Positions 16,901 to 25,971 of a stretch of DNA of 64,000 bases are shown piece by piece. This DNA comes from Chthoniobacteraceae bacterium. Its GTDB lineage: Bacteria > Verrucomicrobiota > Verrucomicrobiia > Chthoniobacterales > Chthoniobacteraceae. The notes beneath the pieces are model-generated. The model saw nothing but the letters and a program-made list of their open reading frames with translations, was not told the origin of the DNA and searched no databases. A program made the position numbers and the translations under genes. How positions within the stretch are numbered: the stretch's first letter is position 1; each line of letters begins with the position of its first letter. The DNA lies in the NCBI GenBank assembly GCA_031409655.1, contig JANNXQ010000187.1, positions 71,515 through 135,514 of the forward strand, read 5' to 3'.

Positions 16901-19695
16901 AGCGCGTCCGCGATGGCACCGTGACGCTCCTGCCGGATGGCTACACGGCGCGCTTCACGCCCGCGGCGAACTACCATGGCGCCGCCTCCTTCTGGCTCAC
17001 CGCGCGCGACCTCTCCCTCGGCACGCGCGTGCTCTTTCTCTACGATTTCGATCTGCCGGATGTCGCGACGGACGCGAAGAGCACCGACCAGTCGAACTTC
17101 AACCGAACCGGCACGCTGGAGGTCGCCGGCGTCGGCGGCGAGTATGCCTACACAGCGGACGTGCCGGCCGCGCTCGCGCCCTGGAGCACGCAATCGCTGA
17201 GCGTCAGCGAAGCCGGCACCGGGGCCGCGCGCCTCCGCCGCACGCTCGCCGCCACCGACCAAAACTACAATGACGCGGACTGGTCCTTCTCGACCTGGGT
17301 GAAGCGCTCGACTCGCGATACCGAAGATTTCATCCTGCACCTCGGCAGCGGCGACGGCCACGGCACCGAAGCGGAACTGGAGCTCTTTTTCCCCGCCAAT
17401 AGCGACACCCTGCGGCTCCAGAAATGGGGCTCGGCTGGATTGGAGAAAGAGATCGTCGGTCCAAACGTACTGATCGGCGCCTGGCATCACCTCTGCCTCG
17501 TGTATGACCGCACTGGGACGAACGTCGGCACGTTCACCCTCTATGTGGATGGCTTCGTCGCGGGCACCGTGGCCTCGGTGACGATGGACGTGAGCCAGTC
17601 GGCCTCGCTCATGGCTGGTGGACACAACAGCACGACGGCGAGCCTCGATCGCTGGTTCGACGGGAAGCTCGAAGACGTGCTTTTCCAAAGCGGACTCAAT
17701 GGCCGCAGTGAGGTCTGGGGGCTCAGTCATTTCAATGCGCGGCACTACAACGGCCTCAGTGCGACCGCGACCGTGAACGTCACCGTGACCGGCGCGAATC
17801 AAGCGCCGACGGTCACCGATCTTCCGGACCTGCAACTGCCGGTCAGCGGGGTCTCCGCACCGCTCGCCTTCACCGTGGCCGATCCGGAGACGGAGGCGCG
17901 CAGTCTGTCGGTCGTGGTCACATCCTTAAATCAAGCGGTGCTGCCGGCCACGGGAATCGCCCTCACGCCGGTGCCAGCGGCGTGGACCAGCGGCGACATC
18001 GGCGCCGTCGGCACGGCGGGTTCGCACACGGAAGATCACGGGACCTTCATCGTCGCCGGATCTGGCGCCGACATTGGCGGGACGCTGGATGAGTTCCGCT
18101 ATGTCCGCCAGGACATCAGCGGCGATTCCACGATCTCGGCGCGCGTCGTGAGCATGGACTTCTCGAATGAAAACGCGAAAGCCGGCGTGATGCTCCGCTC
18201 GTCGAGCGCGGCCAATGCGGCCTTCGCGCTCGCCTGTGTGACGCCGGCCAATGGCGTGACTTTCCTCTACCGCGCGGCCGATGGCGGCACGGCAGTGGTC
18301 AACGGCACCGTGAATTTTGTCGCGGCGCCCTGCTGGCTTTCGTTGGTGCGCGTCGGCGGAAATTGCACGGCCTACTACGCCACGGATACAAATGGCGTGC
18401 GCGGGCCGTGGACGGTGATCGGCACCACGCAGGCCGTGACCTTTGGAGCGGCCCCAAACCTGAGCGGACTCGCAGTGACGAGCCGCATGGACGCGATGAA
18501 TTGCACGGCGGTCTTCGATCGCCTGGCGGGCACGGTGAAACTCGGCGGCGAACGCACCGTCACGCTCACGCCCGCGTCAGGCGTCTCCGGTTCGACCCTC
18601 GTCACCCTTGGGGCTGTCGATGGCGCGCTCGCCGGCACGGACACTTTCACCCTGCTGGTTGGGCCAAACAGCGCGCCGACGATCTCCGCCGTAACCAACG
18701 TGGTGAGCACAGACGGTGCGGCGATCGCGTCCTTCAATGTGACGCTCAGCGATGTCCACTCGGCAGCGACAGCGCTCACGCTGACGGCGGCGTCTTCGAA
18801 TTTACTACTCCTGCCGGCGAGCCGGATCGCCATCACCGGCTCCGGCGCGGCGCGGACGATCACGCTCACGCCGATCCCGAGCGAGACGGGCACGGCCACG
18901 GTCACGCTGAGTTCCAGCGATGGCAGCCTCACGGGCACCCGCACCTTCACTGTCACGGTGAATGCAGGCGATCCGACCTTCACCGTGCGCAGCGGTGCGA
19001 ACTGGCGCTACCACGCCACCGGCGCGAGCCCCGGCGCAACGTGGTTTTCGACGGCCTTCAATGACAGCGCGTGGCTGACCGCGCCCGCGCAACTCGGCTA
19101 CGGCGATGGCGACGAAGGCACGGTGATCCCGGGCGGCCCGACCGGCGCGCGTTTCATCACCACGTATTTCCGCCGCACCTTCCTGATCGCGAATGCCTCG
19201 CAGATCGGCCAAGCCGCGATCCGGCTGCTCTGCGACGACGGCGCGCTGGTCTTCCTGAATGGTCAGGAACTCGCGCGCGTGAATCTGACCACCGGCGGCA
19301 TCGGCAATGGCACGCCAGCCACGACCGATGTCGCTGGGGCGAATGAGAACGCGTGGCAAGTCTTCCGCTTTGATCCGGCGAAGCTCGTCACCGGCACGAA
19401 TACCTTCGCCGTCGAGGTCCATCAATCCAGCGCCACGAGCGACGACGTGAGCTTTGATCTGCAACTGCTCGCCTACGCCCGCACCGCCATCCCGCAGCTC
19501 ACGCTCACCCCCCAAGCGAGCAACCTGAACATCCTCTGGCCAAACTGGGCGACCACCTGGGAGCTCAAGTCTTCGGTCGATCTGCAAAGTTGGCCCGCCG
19601 TGAGCGGCACACCCACCGATAACGGCTCAGGCCAATTCCAGCTCACGGTGCCGATGGGCGCCGCGCCGAAATACTACCGGCTCGAAGCGCCGTAA
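13996..19695 (+). CDS. giant surface metzincin metallopeptidase (M11-like) with PKD, Ig, LamG and galactose-binding-like domains
   Basis: HEVGHNFGLNH zinc motif, EYGNPFDQMG Met-turn, PKD WDWGDG, LamG WFDGKLEDV, LGYGDGDE...TTYFRRTF domain. Confidence 0.85.
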   Translation: MKPSRTALFVFVALAAIAATLLWPRPAPQPRGAAASTPAPAPVAAPEVAKPSTPATPGLAAVLPAPNPQPVAVVPAPTPAAPAAETIRQLRQDIRWQAPMPEPVFAQFRDWTQRFAAAQAPEVQAELLPEGLAIVEERRNVMADLIDQNPRRALELAVPAAVRRTLPADIVAQLEEPVAGRGDLWVAAALPMPGQELRVRPVQRTVEMKDGRKFDAFTFGQRDFVQTKMGIAVQGIALDGKLALTELPGRVLEPVEVQELHAASGATPICPTSGEVTAGQSDEVVVDWDGKEHTFFCGPQHALDSLIAASGLEAMAGGDGGGGPGAQSGATEGVKKLLIIRVDFPDQPGQVVSDATLTTLIGNFVTHWAEMSNGKMSWTALGAGSDFTPTLRLPLGHANYTGLGAMLAAARTAATAAGFNYTNYTHDVVVTGDKPDVGFGGVAYVGGRGAWLANGQWNLGVGSHEVGHNFGLNHAGFWDTTDGTTIGAGAAVEYGNPFDQMGGASSSMDAHFGARQKNYLDWLVDADVVKITANGTTTTRIRACDRSVATSDKAIAVDRTGTAFDYWIEYRQDYADTNLWARDGVFLNWGDVTINNGKPLLLDITPATSSKDDSPLLIGSTFSDTAAGIHITPILRGADVDGTTWVDVTVNRGTFPGNRKPTVTMSATNLNPAIGDNVTFTATATDPDGNPLAYGWDWGDGTFTANNLPTATKKWSTAGTRTVRCRVSDMKGLVATGQVLIQVGTSTTFFIQGTVTTTAGVLVENAVVRADSTHSDTTDTEGYYAITGLNAGSYTLTATKTGLSINAGNFTNPAVVGPNKLNVNFTAPPGSPYFSTMKAGLLDQGSNTGAVIVPVSDADTPIANLTLTGTSSNPAIIPDASITFLTVGSTVRTVTAAAASTVAGALNLTITATDPEGGTNSYVWPVTVNAKPVLAVTTQTTPENTPIDIDLRPFVTDVTPDDKIGFELQRVRDGTVTLLPDGYTARFTPAANYHGAASFWLTARDLSLGTRVLFLYDFDLPDVATDAKSTDQSNFNRTGTLEVAGVGGEYAYTADVPAALAPWSTQSLSVSEAGTGAARLRRTLAATDQNYNDADWSFSTWVKRSTRDTEDFILHLGSGDGHGTEAELELFFPANSDTLRLQKWGSAGLEKEIVGPNVLIGAWHHLCLVYDRTGTNVGTFTLYVDGFVAGTVASVTMDVSQSASLMAGGHNSTTASLDRWFDGKLEDVLFQSGLNGRSEVWGLSHFNARHYNGLSATATVNVTVTGANQAPTVTDLPDLQLPVSGVSAPLAFTVADPETEARSLSVVVTSLNQAVLPATGIALTPVPAAWTSGDIGAVGTAGSHTEDHGTFIVAGSGADIGGTLDEFRYVRQDISGDSTISARVVSMDFSNENAKAGVMLRSSSAANAAFALACVTPANGVTFLYRAADGGTAVVNGTVNFVAAPCWLSLVRVGGNCTAYYATDTNGVRGPWTVIGTTQAVTFGAAPNLSGLAVTSRMDAMNCTAVFDRLAGTVKLGGERTVTLTPASGVSGSTLVTLGAVDGALAGTDTFTLLVGPNSAPTISAVTNVVSTDGAAIASFNVTLSDVHSAATALTLTAASSNLLLLPASRIAITGSGAARTITLTPIPSETGTATVTLSSSDGSLTGTRTFTVTVNAGDPTFTVRSGANWRYHATGASPGATWFSTAFNDSAWLTAPAQLGYGDGDEGTVIPGGPTGARFITTYFRRTFLIANASQIGQAAIRLLCDDGALVFLNGQELARVNLTTGGIGNGTPATTDVAGANENAWQVFRFDPAKLVTGTNTFAVEVHQSSATSDDVSFDLQLLAYARTAIPQLTLTPQASNLNILWPNWATTWELKSSVDLQSWPAVSGTPTDNGSGQFQLTVPMGAAPKYYRLEAP

Positions 19696-19829
19696 GCCCG
19701 GGAGCGCCGCCGGCCCGCGCGGGATCCTCCCCAATCGTGCAACGCACGCACCCTTCCTCAGTCTCGCAGAGGAATGGCGCTTCGCGCGGATCTTGAGGAT
19801 TGCCGCACGGGACGGCGGCGCTCCCAGCG

Positions 19830-20237
19830 CTACACCTCGCTCAGCACCACCACGCCCTCCGCCACGATCCGCTCACCCACGCGCGCTTCCACGGCGAATT
19901 GCCACAGCCCGCCGACCACCGCGCCTTTGCGCGCGCGGAGTTCGATTACATCGTCCGGCCGTGCTGCGTCCGGAAATTTCATCCCGCGAATCGCCGCCAG
20001 CCGAAAGCCCCGTCCCGGCTGCCCGGCCGCGATCCCCGCAGTCTGCGCAAGCGCCTCGGTGAGGATGACGCCCGGCACCAGTGGATCGCCGGGAAAATGG
20101 CCGCGGAAAAACGGTTCTTCGAGAGGAAACTTCTTCCCACAAATCGCCGATTCGCCCGGCACGATCGCCCGCACTTCATCCACGAAAATGAACGGCTCCC
20201 GATGCGGCAGCCCGAGCGCGACAGGATCCGCGGGCAT
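19830..20237 (-). CDS. FabA/FabZ-family 3-hydroxyacyl-ACP dehydratase
   Basis: LPHREPFIFVD, FFRGHFPGDPLVPGVILTEALAQ. Confidence 0.9.
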   Translation of the reverse strand: MPADPVALGLPHREPFIFVDEVRAIVPGESAICGKKFPLEEPFFRGHFPGDPLVPGVILTEALAQTAGIAAGQPGRGFRLAAIRGMKFPDAARPDDVIELRARKGAVVGGLWQFAVEARVGERIVAEGVVVLSEV

Positions 20238-20240
20238 CTA

Positions 20241-20687
20241 TCAGTGCCCCGCTTCCGCCGGCACGAAGTAGGCAAATTTCCAGCTCCCCTTGATCGTCCG
20301 CAGCCCCGCGCGGTAGCCATTGTAGTTCGGGTCCGAGGCAAACTGCGGCGGTGCCACCATGTAGTTGTCCACCGGCACGAACTGCTCCTTCAGCACGGCG
20401 TCGAGCTCCGCCCAGACTCCCTTCTCATCCCAGTAGGTGAACACATTTTCCGTGGCCGGTGCCGCATCCCAGCGATAGCCGAAATCCGTCGCCATCATCG
20501 TGGTCAAGATGGGCAGATCTTTCTTCGACACGGCCGCCCGCAGCCGGCCCACGAAGGCCTGAAAACTCTGGTCCCCCGCCACGTCCTTGAGCGGCTTTTT
20601 TTCCTCTTCATCCTTCTTTTTGTACGGAGTCTCGCACCCGCTGAGCAGCAGCGCGGCGAGGAGGCAGGACAGCGGTCGGAGAATCAT
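20241..20687 (-). CDS. hypothetical lipoprotein
   Basis: Lipobox LLSGC; stop codon 4 nt upstream of the FabZ-like start. Confidence 0.8.
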   Translation of the reverse strand: MILRPLSCLLAALLLSGCETPYKKKDEEEKKPLKDVAGDQSFQAFVGRLRAAVSKKDLPILTTMMATDFGYRWDAAPATENVFTYWDEKGVWAELDAVLKEQFVPVDNYMVAPPQFASDPNYNGYRAGLRTIKGSWKFAYFVPAEAGH

Positions 20688-20751
20688 CGGCGCGAGCTTA
20701 CGAACCGAACCCGCGATGGCCAGAGCTTTCTCGGCGGCGGGTCTATGCCGG

Positions 20752-20862
20752 CTCGTGCTCGTCCTCGTCCTCGAAATTTCGCGCTTCCATCGAGGACAGA
20801 ACGAACCGCCGAGCTGGCCATAAATCTGTCTTCTGTCCGCTGTCCTCCGTCTTCTATCTTCC
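20752..20862. repeat. short hexamer (CTCGTS) and heptamer (TCTGTCY-like) tandem arrays in a divergent intergenic region
   Basis: CTCGTG CTCGTC CTCGTC CTCGAA at ~20752-20775; TCTGTCT TCTGTCC GCTGTCC TCCGTCT TCTATCT at ~20825-20859. Confidence 0.6.
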
Positions 20863-20870
20863 CGGCGTCC

Positions 20871-21401
20871 ATGCGCCGCCCCCTCCTCCTCGCCCTGCTC
20901 CTGCTTGCCGGTTGCTCGACCTTCCGGCAGGGCGCGCGGAAAGGTGAACTAGTCCTCACCAAAGGAAAATCCACGATCTATTTTGCCGTGCCACCGGAGT
21001 GGGTCGCGGATCAGCAAGCCGGGGAGTTTGGTTTTCACAGCCTCAAGCCCGAGGGCGAGTGGCAGCCCGCGACGATCTCAGTCGCCTTCACTCAGAAAAC
21101 TTTCACCCGCAATCCAAAGAATGACGATGCCGCTGAGCAACTCGCGCTCAGCAAACAGTACCTCAAGTACTGGCTCACCCACGATTTCCCCGAGACCCGG
21201 CTGGCGAGCGACAGCACCCACGCGACTCCCAGCGGCCGCAAGTTCCTGCTCTTCCGCGAATCCTCCAACGGCCTGCACCTCGTGGCCCTCGCGCCGGAGA
21301 AGGACTGCGTGGTCGAGATCGGCCTGCACGGCAGCACGCGTGACCTTGATCGCTACCGCGCCGCGCTGCTCGCGGTGCTGGATTCCTACCGGGTCCGTTA
21401 G
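20871..21401 (+). CDS. hypothetical lipoprotein
   Basis: MRRPLLLALLLLAGC lipobox; start ATG 20871 inside the longer ORF call. Confidence 0.75.
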   Translation: MRRPLLLALLLLAGCSTFRQGARKGELVLTKGKSTIYFAVPPEWVADQQAGEFGFHSLKPEGEWQPATISVAFTQKTFTRNPKNDDAAEQLALSKQYLKYWLTHDFPETRLASDSTHATPSGRKFLLFRESSNGLHLVALAPEKDCVVEIGLHGSTRDLDRYRAALLAVLDSYRVR

Positions 21402-22435
21402 ATCAGCCCCGTCGTTTCGTCCTGCCCGCTCATGATGTTGAGCGATTGCACGGCCTGCCCCGCTGCACCTTTCGTCAGATTATCCTGCGCGCTCAGCAGC
21501 ACGAAACGCCCCGTCCGCGGGTCATGCCGCCAGGCGATATCCACGAAGTTCGTCTGCACCACGTTCTTCGTATCGGGCAGCGCCCCTTCGCTCAGCAGCC
21601 GCACGAAAGGCTCGCGCCCGTAAGCTTCCTCGAGCGCATTCGCGATGTGCCACGGCTCGATGCCATCCGCGGGCGCGCAAAAGATCGTCGAGTGAATGCC
21701 GCGATTCACCGGCACGAGGTGTGGCGCGAAGTCGATCGTCACCTTCTCCCCCGCCGCCAGCGACAGCTCCTGCTCGATCTCCGCGAGATGCCGATGCTTC
21801 GGGATGCCGTAGGCGCGCAGGCTCTCGTTACATTCCGGGAAAAGGTAGTCCACCTTGGCATTGCGGCCCGCGCCACTCACCCCGCTCATCGAGCTGACCA
21901 CGATGCTCTGCGGCTTCAGCAGCCCCCGCTGGAGGAGCGGATAAAGTGGGAGAATGATGCTCGTCGGGTAACATCCCGGCGAGGCCACGAGTGGCGCGCC
22001 CTTGATCTTCTCCCGATAAATCTCCGGCAAGCCATACACACTCAGCGCCGCGAGTTCCGGCGCGTGATGCACCTCACCGTAAAATTCGTGATAGACCCCC
22101 ACGTCCTTGATCCGAAAATCCGCACTCAGATCAATGACCCGCAGCCCCGCGGCCACCAAGGGCTTCGCATATTCCGTGGCCACTCCATGCGGCAGCGCGA
22201 GGAAGATAAACTGCGCGCCCGTCTCGCGGATGCGCGAAATGTCCGACTCGATGAAAGGCAGCCCCGCGTAACGGGTCCCGGCAAATTTCGGAAAGACCTG
22301 CGCGACCGTCTGCCCCGCGAGTTGCCGGGAAGTCAGCGCGACCAGCTCCACGCCCGGATGGCGGATGAGCAGCCGCACGAGCTCCTCCCCCGAGTATCCG
22401 CTGGCTCCGACGACCACTGCTTTGCATGGATCCAT
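21398..22435 (-). CDS. argC: N-acetyl-gamma-glutamyl-phosphate reductase
   Basis: VVGASGYSG, FLALPHG, IDLSADFR, ASPGCYPT, SGVSGAG, HRHLAEI, DNLTKGAAGQAVQ. Confidence 0.97.
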   Translation of the reverse strand: MDPCKAVVVGASGYSGEELVRLLIRHPGVELVALTSRQLAGQTVAQVFPKFAGTRYAGLPFIESDISRIRETGAQFIFLALPHGVATEYAKPLVAAGLRVIDLSADFRIKDVGVYHEFYGEVHHAPELAALSVYGLPEIYREKIKGAPLVASPGCYPTSIILPLYPLLQRGLLKPQSIVVSSMSGVSGAGRNAKVDYLFPECNESLRAYGIPKHRHLAEIEQELSLAAGEKVTIDFAPHLVPVNRGIHSTIFCAPADGIEPWHIANALEEAYGREPFVRLLSEGALPDTKNVVQTNFVDIAWRHDPRTGRFVLLSAQDNLTKGAAGQAVQSLNIMSGQDETTGLI

Positions 22436-22437
22436 GA

Positions 22438-22580
22438 TTTGGCGTTTGAAGTTTGGCGTTTGAAGTTTGGCGTTAAGGCAGGTGCCCGGAGCCCCAAGCC
22501 AGCACCGCGCAAGATGAACGTCTTTCCGCCCCGTCCAGTTCAACGCCAAACTTCAAACTTCAAACGCCAAACACCAAACG
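22438..22580. repeat. inverted pair of heptamer arrays (TTTGGCG/TTTGAAG)
   Basis: Five heptamers at 22438-22472 and five reverse-complement heptamers at 22544-22578. Confidence 0.85.
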
Positions 22581-22652
22581 CGGAGAAGCCCGCCGCCAAA
22601 AATCCGCTTCCCTTCCGTCCGCACCGCCCTAGATTCCGCCTCTCCGAAAACT

Positions 22653-22726
22653 CGGGCTGTAGTTCAGCTTGGTAGAACGCTTGAATGGGGTTCAAGAGGT
22701 CGTGGGTTCGAATCCCGCCAGCCCGA
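22653..22726 (+). tRNA. tRNA-Pro (anticodon GGG), CCA not encoded
   Basis: Full cloverleaf: acceptor CGGGCTG/CAGCCCG, D stem GTTC/GAAC, anticodon stem CTTGA/TCAAG with loop ATGGGGT, T loop TTCGAAT. Confidence 0.97.
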
Positions 22727-22730
22727 CTCT
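22684..22730 (+). repeat. attL core (47 bp)
   Basis: AATGGGGTTCAAGAGGTCGTGGGTTCGAATCCCGCCAGCCCGACTCT, identical to 47530-47576. Confidence 0.95.
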
Positions 22731-22798
22731 CCGGGAGAGCTGATAGAATCAGCTTTCCGGGTCGATAAGGTAAAGCTCGAATTGGACCCGAAAAAAGT

Positions 22799-22823
22799 GG
22801 TGGTAGCCCCCGGTGGTAGCCCC
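22799..22823 (+). repeat. tandem 12-bp repeat, candidate integrase arm sites
   Basis: GGTGGTAGCCCC at 22799-22810 and 22812-22823, between attL and the integrase start. Confidence 0.6.
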
Positions 22824-22838
22824 TATACTCTGGGCACG

Positions 22839-24008
22839 ATGAAAACGAAGTCTGACGGGAAGAACCGGGGAACATTCGCGTTGCTCGAAACGGTGGCTCC
22901 CAATTTGTTCCGCCACCGGGAGAATCAGTCGTATTGGGGAGTCAGGAAAATCGAGGGCCGTCGATTTGTGCATGCTCTCGAAACGGCGGATCGAAAAACC
23001 GCGGACGGGAAATTGGCCGAATGGCTCGGCGATTTGAAAAAAGTGGACCCCGGCAACCGCGATATGACCCTCGCCATGCTTCTCGAAAAATACGAGGCGG
23101 CGAGGACGGACATCGCGGACTCGACACGGGTTGGGGAGAAAGGGCGGATCGCTAAATTTCGCGAGCTGTTTCCGCGTCCGATGAACACTCTCGTGGCCCG
23201 CGTGGTGAACTCCGACCTCGCGGTGTGGGTCGGTCTTGTCGGGAAGGGGAAACGGCCCTCAACCCGCAACCAGTTCCGCGCCTTCGCTCGCGCGCTTTTC
23301 GACTTCGCTGTGTCCGACACCGTGATCGCAAAAAATCCCTTCGATCCGAAGATTATCCGAAAGGCGAAGAAGGAGCCGATCATTCGGCTCATCCCGTCGC
23401 CCGACGAGTTTGAGAAGATCATCGCCGAAATTCGCAAGCCGAGTTGGAGGGCTCAAAAAGGCAAGCACGGCGGGCAGCGACCGTTGACGCAGGACGACAG
23501 TGCGGACTTCGCCGAGTTTCTCGGTCGCGCCGGCATCGGCCAGGCCGAAGCAGTCGGTTTGAATTGGGAAGACATCGATGAGAGGCGCGATGTCATCCAC
23601 TACCGGCGGAAGAAAACCGGGCGAGATTTCAGCACTCCCATTTTCCCGTGGCTGAAGCCCCTCCTGAAACGACTGCGTGCCGAAGCGGGGCCGAATCCGC
23701 GCGGCCCGGTCTTCAAGGTGAAGAATGTGAAGAAGGCGCTGCGCGGCGCCACTCAGCGGCTAGGGCTGCCGAACGTCACCCAGCGCAACTTGCGCGCCAT
23801 GCGCATCAAGCGGCTTTGGGAGCAAGGCGTGGATGTGAAGGTGATCGCGCAGTGGCAGGGCCATAGCGACGGCGGGAGGCTGATCATGGGAACCTACACG
23901 GAGGTCTTTGGCAGCAATTCGGAAAGCTACGAACGCGCGCAGCTCGCCAAGGCGGCGGCAGCGGAAGCGGCGATGGCCCGAACCGGGCGGCTCAAAAAGG
24001 CGGCTTGA
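22839..24008 (+). CDS. tyrosine recombinase / integrase with atypical catalytic motifs
   Basis: Adjacent to tRNA; box I-like AGIGQAEAVGLNWEDID, RKKTG, box II-like TQRNLRAM...GVDVKVIAQWQGHSDGG...TY. Confidence 0.9.
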   Translation: MKTKSDGKNRGTFALLETVAPNLFRHRENQSYWGVRKIEGRRFVHALETADRKTADGKLAEWLGDLKKVDPGNRDMTLAMLLEKYEAARTDIADSTRVGEKGRIAKFRELFPRPMNTLVARVVNSDLAVWVGLVGKGKRPSTRNQFRAFARALFDFAVSDTVIAKNPFDPKIIRKAKKEPIIRLIPSPDEFEKIIAEIRKPSWRAQKGKHGGQRPLTQDDSADFAEFLGRAGIGQAEAVGLNWEDIDERRDVIHYRRKKTGRDFSTPIFPWLKPLLKRLRAEAGPNPRGPVFKVKNVKKALRGATQRLGLPNVTQRNLRAMRIKRLWEQGVDVKVIAQWQGHSDGGRLIMGTYTEVFGSNSESYERAQLAKAAAAEAAMARTGRLKKAA

Positions 24009-24016
24009 TCCTCGGC

Positions 24017-24205
24017 TTAACTCGTCCTCGCGAGGAGGGTTTCCACGTCCTCGCCGGGGATGAGCGTCCGCGCCTGGGCCTTGCTTTTTCGGAGCAGTTT
24101 TCGGGCAATGAAATTGCGGATTTGGCGCTCACTGACTTTGAGGTAAGCGGCGGCTTCCTTGGCCGTGTAGGTCGCTTGCTGCGGGATGATTCGCTCGTTT
24201 TTCAT
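24017..24205 (-). CDS. excisionase-like helix-turn-helix protein
   Basis: 62 aa, YTAKEAAAYLKVSERQIRNFI (HTH_17/MerR-like), convergent on the integrase. Confidence 0.8.
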   Translation of the reverse strand: MKNERIIPQQATYTAKEAAAYLKVSERQIRNFIARKLLRKSKAQARTLIPGEDVETLLARTS

Positions 24206-24361
24206 TCGGCGTGTGGATGTCGTTCGTTGCTAAATCTCTCGGGCGCGCGCAGGAGGAACGGGTGGTTGCGCGGCGTGGCGGAAAAGCAGGAATGCACTGC
24301 GCGCCCCGCGCGCGTCGCGGTAATCGCTCATGGCAGGTGTCCCCCTACGTGCGCGACCGCA

Positions 24362-25587
24362 TTTCCAAGGCTGCAAAGACATCCCGACGCCTAACCTCGA
24401 CAAACTCGCTAAGCGCTCGTTGCGTTGCACCAATGGCTACGTCACGCATCCCTTTTGCAGCCCCACGCGTGCGGGCTTGCTCACAGGTCGCTATCAGCAG
24501 CGCTTCGGCCACGAGAACAATCCGGTGTGGAATCCCGACGACACAATCTCTGGCCTGCCGCTCTCGCAGACCACGCTGCCCCAAATGCTGAAGACGGCGG
24601 GCTATAGGACAGGCGCGATCGGCAAGTGGCATCTCGGCGCTCACCCGCAGTTTCATCCGAACCGGCGCGGCTTCGATGAATACGTCGACTTCCTCGGTGG
24701 CGGGCACATTTTACCTCCCGGGCGCGAAAGGCGGCGTGGAATACAACATCCCGATCGATCGCAACGGCACGCCGGAGCCGCTTAAGGAATACCTCACGGA
24801 TTTCCTTGGTCACAAGGCGTCGGCTTTCCTCACCCGGCACAAAAATGAGCCATGGTTTCTTTACCTCGCCTTCAATGCGCCCCACACGCCACTGCAAGCG
24901 ACCGAGAAGCAACTCAGTCGCGTCGCGGCCATTGCCGACAAAACGCGTCGGAACTACGCCGGCCTCGTTGTGGGTCTCGACGATGCGGTGGGCGAAGTGC
25001 TCGCCGCGCTGCACGCCTCGGGGCAGGACGAGAAGACGCTCGTCATTTTCATGAGCGACAATGGCGGCCCGACTGGCGTGACCCACAGCGACAATGCGCC
25101 TTTGCGCGGTGCGAAGGGGCAGGTCTTCGAGGGTGGTGTGCGCGTGCCGTTCCTTGTCTCGTGGCCGGGACGGCTCGCGCAGGGAAAGGACTACAATGTG
25201 CCGGTCAGTTCGCTCGATGTCTTCGCCACCGCCGTCGCGCTCGCGGGCGCGAAGGTGCCGGAGTCGCATCATCTCGACGGGGTGAACATCCTCCCATTTC
25301 TCGAGGGTGAAAACCCTGGTGCGCCGCATGAGCATTTGTTCTGGCGGACTTCGCACGGCAGTTGGGCGGTGCGCGAGGGTGATTGGAAGCTGCTCAACAT
25401 GGGCAACCCAAAGGATCAGTGCTTTGACCTCGCCGCCGACATCGGAGAAGCGCACGACCTGATCGGGGAGAAAGACGAGGAAGCAGCAAAGCTCAAAGCC
25501 TCCTACGCCGCGTGGAATTCCGAAAATATCCCACCCGTCTTTGCCGGACCGGCGGCGGCGCGGACAAAGAAGCAGGATATTAAGTAA
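24362..25587 (+). pseudogene. sulfatase, N-terminally truncated and frameshifted at ~24710
   Basis: Homology starts at [13 protein letters not shown] without signal peptide or DD motif; CSPTR and IGKWHLG in one frame; APHTP, SDNGG and EGGVRVP in another. Confidence 0.85.
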
Positions 25588-25599
25588 CCCCCATTGCGC

Positions 25600-25820
25600 A
25601 TGAACAACCGTCCGATTTCCCGACTCAGGATCCTCGCGCTGCTGCTCTGCGGCGCGTTTTCCAACTCCCTCCAAGGCGCGTCGGCGACGCCGAATATCGT
25701 CGTCATCCTCGCCGACGATTGCGGCTACGGCAGCGCCGGCTGTTACGGCGCGAATCCCGCGCTGGTGAAGACGCCGAACATCGATCGCCTCGCGGCGGAA
25801 GGCCGGCGCTTCACCAACGA
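25600..25820 (+). pseudogene. sulfatase N-terminal fragment
   Basis: Signal peptide + [14 protein letters not shown]...[17 protein letters not shown]; homology stops before the CxPxR motif. Confidence 0.8.
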
Positions 25821-25930
25821 CAGACATCATTCGGTGGTTGCGAGCCCCACTGCTGGAAACGGCAGTGGGGCTTTTTCTCGTGAGCCCTAGCCCTCATGTT
25901 GATCGTGACAAGCTTTTCTTTCCATCGTCT

Positions 25931-25971
25931 TGTAACGCCGCACACTTCCCTCGTTACAGTGTGGGTGAATG
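25931..25971 (+). promoter_or_regulatory. candidate ECF promoter (autoregulatory)
   Basis: TGTAAC-N15-CGTTAC then AGTGTGGGTGAATG ending in the sigma start codon; second copy at 42554. Confidence 0.75.

Noticed and set aside
19800..20870. N-terminal two-thirds of the 533-aa ORF 19800-21401
   Set aside because: Antisense to the FabZ-like and lipoprotein genes; the credible gene begins at the lipoprotein signal at 20871.
22438..22580. CRISPR array
   Set aside because: Units are 7 bp with no unique spacers; no cas genes and no repeat-spacer array seen anywhere in the window.
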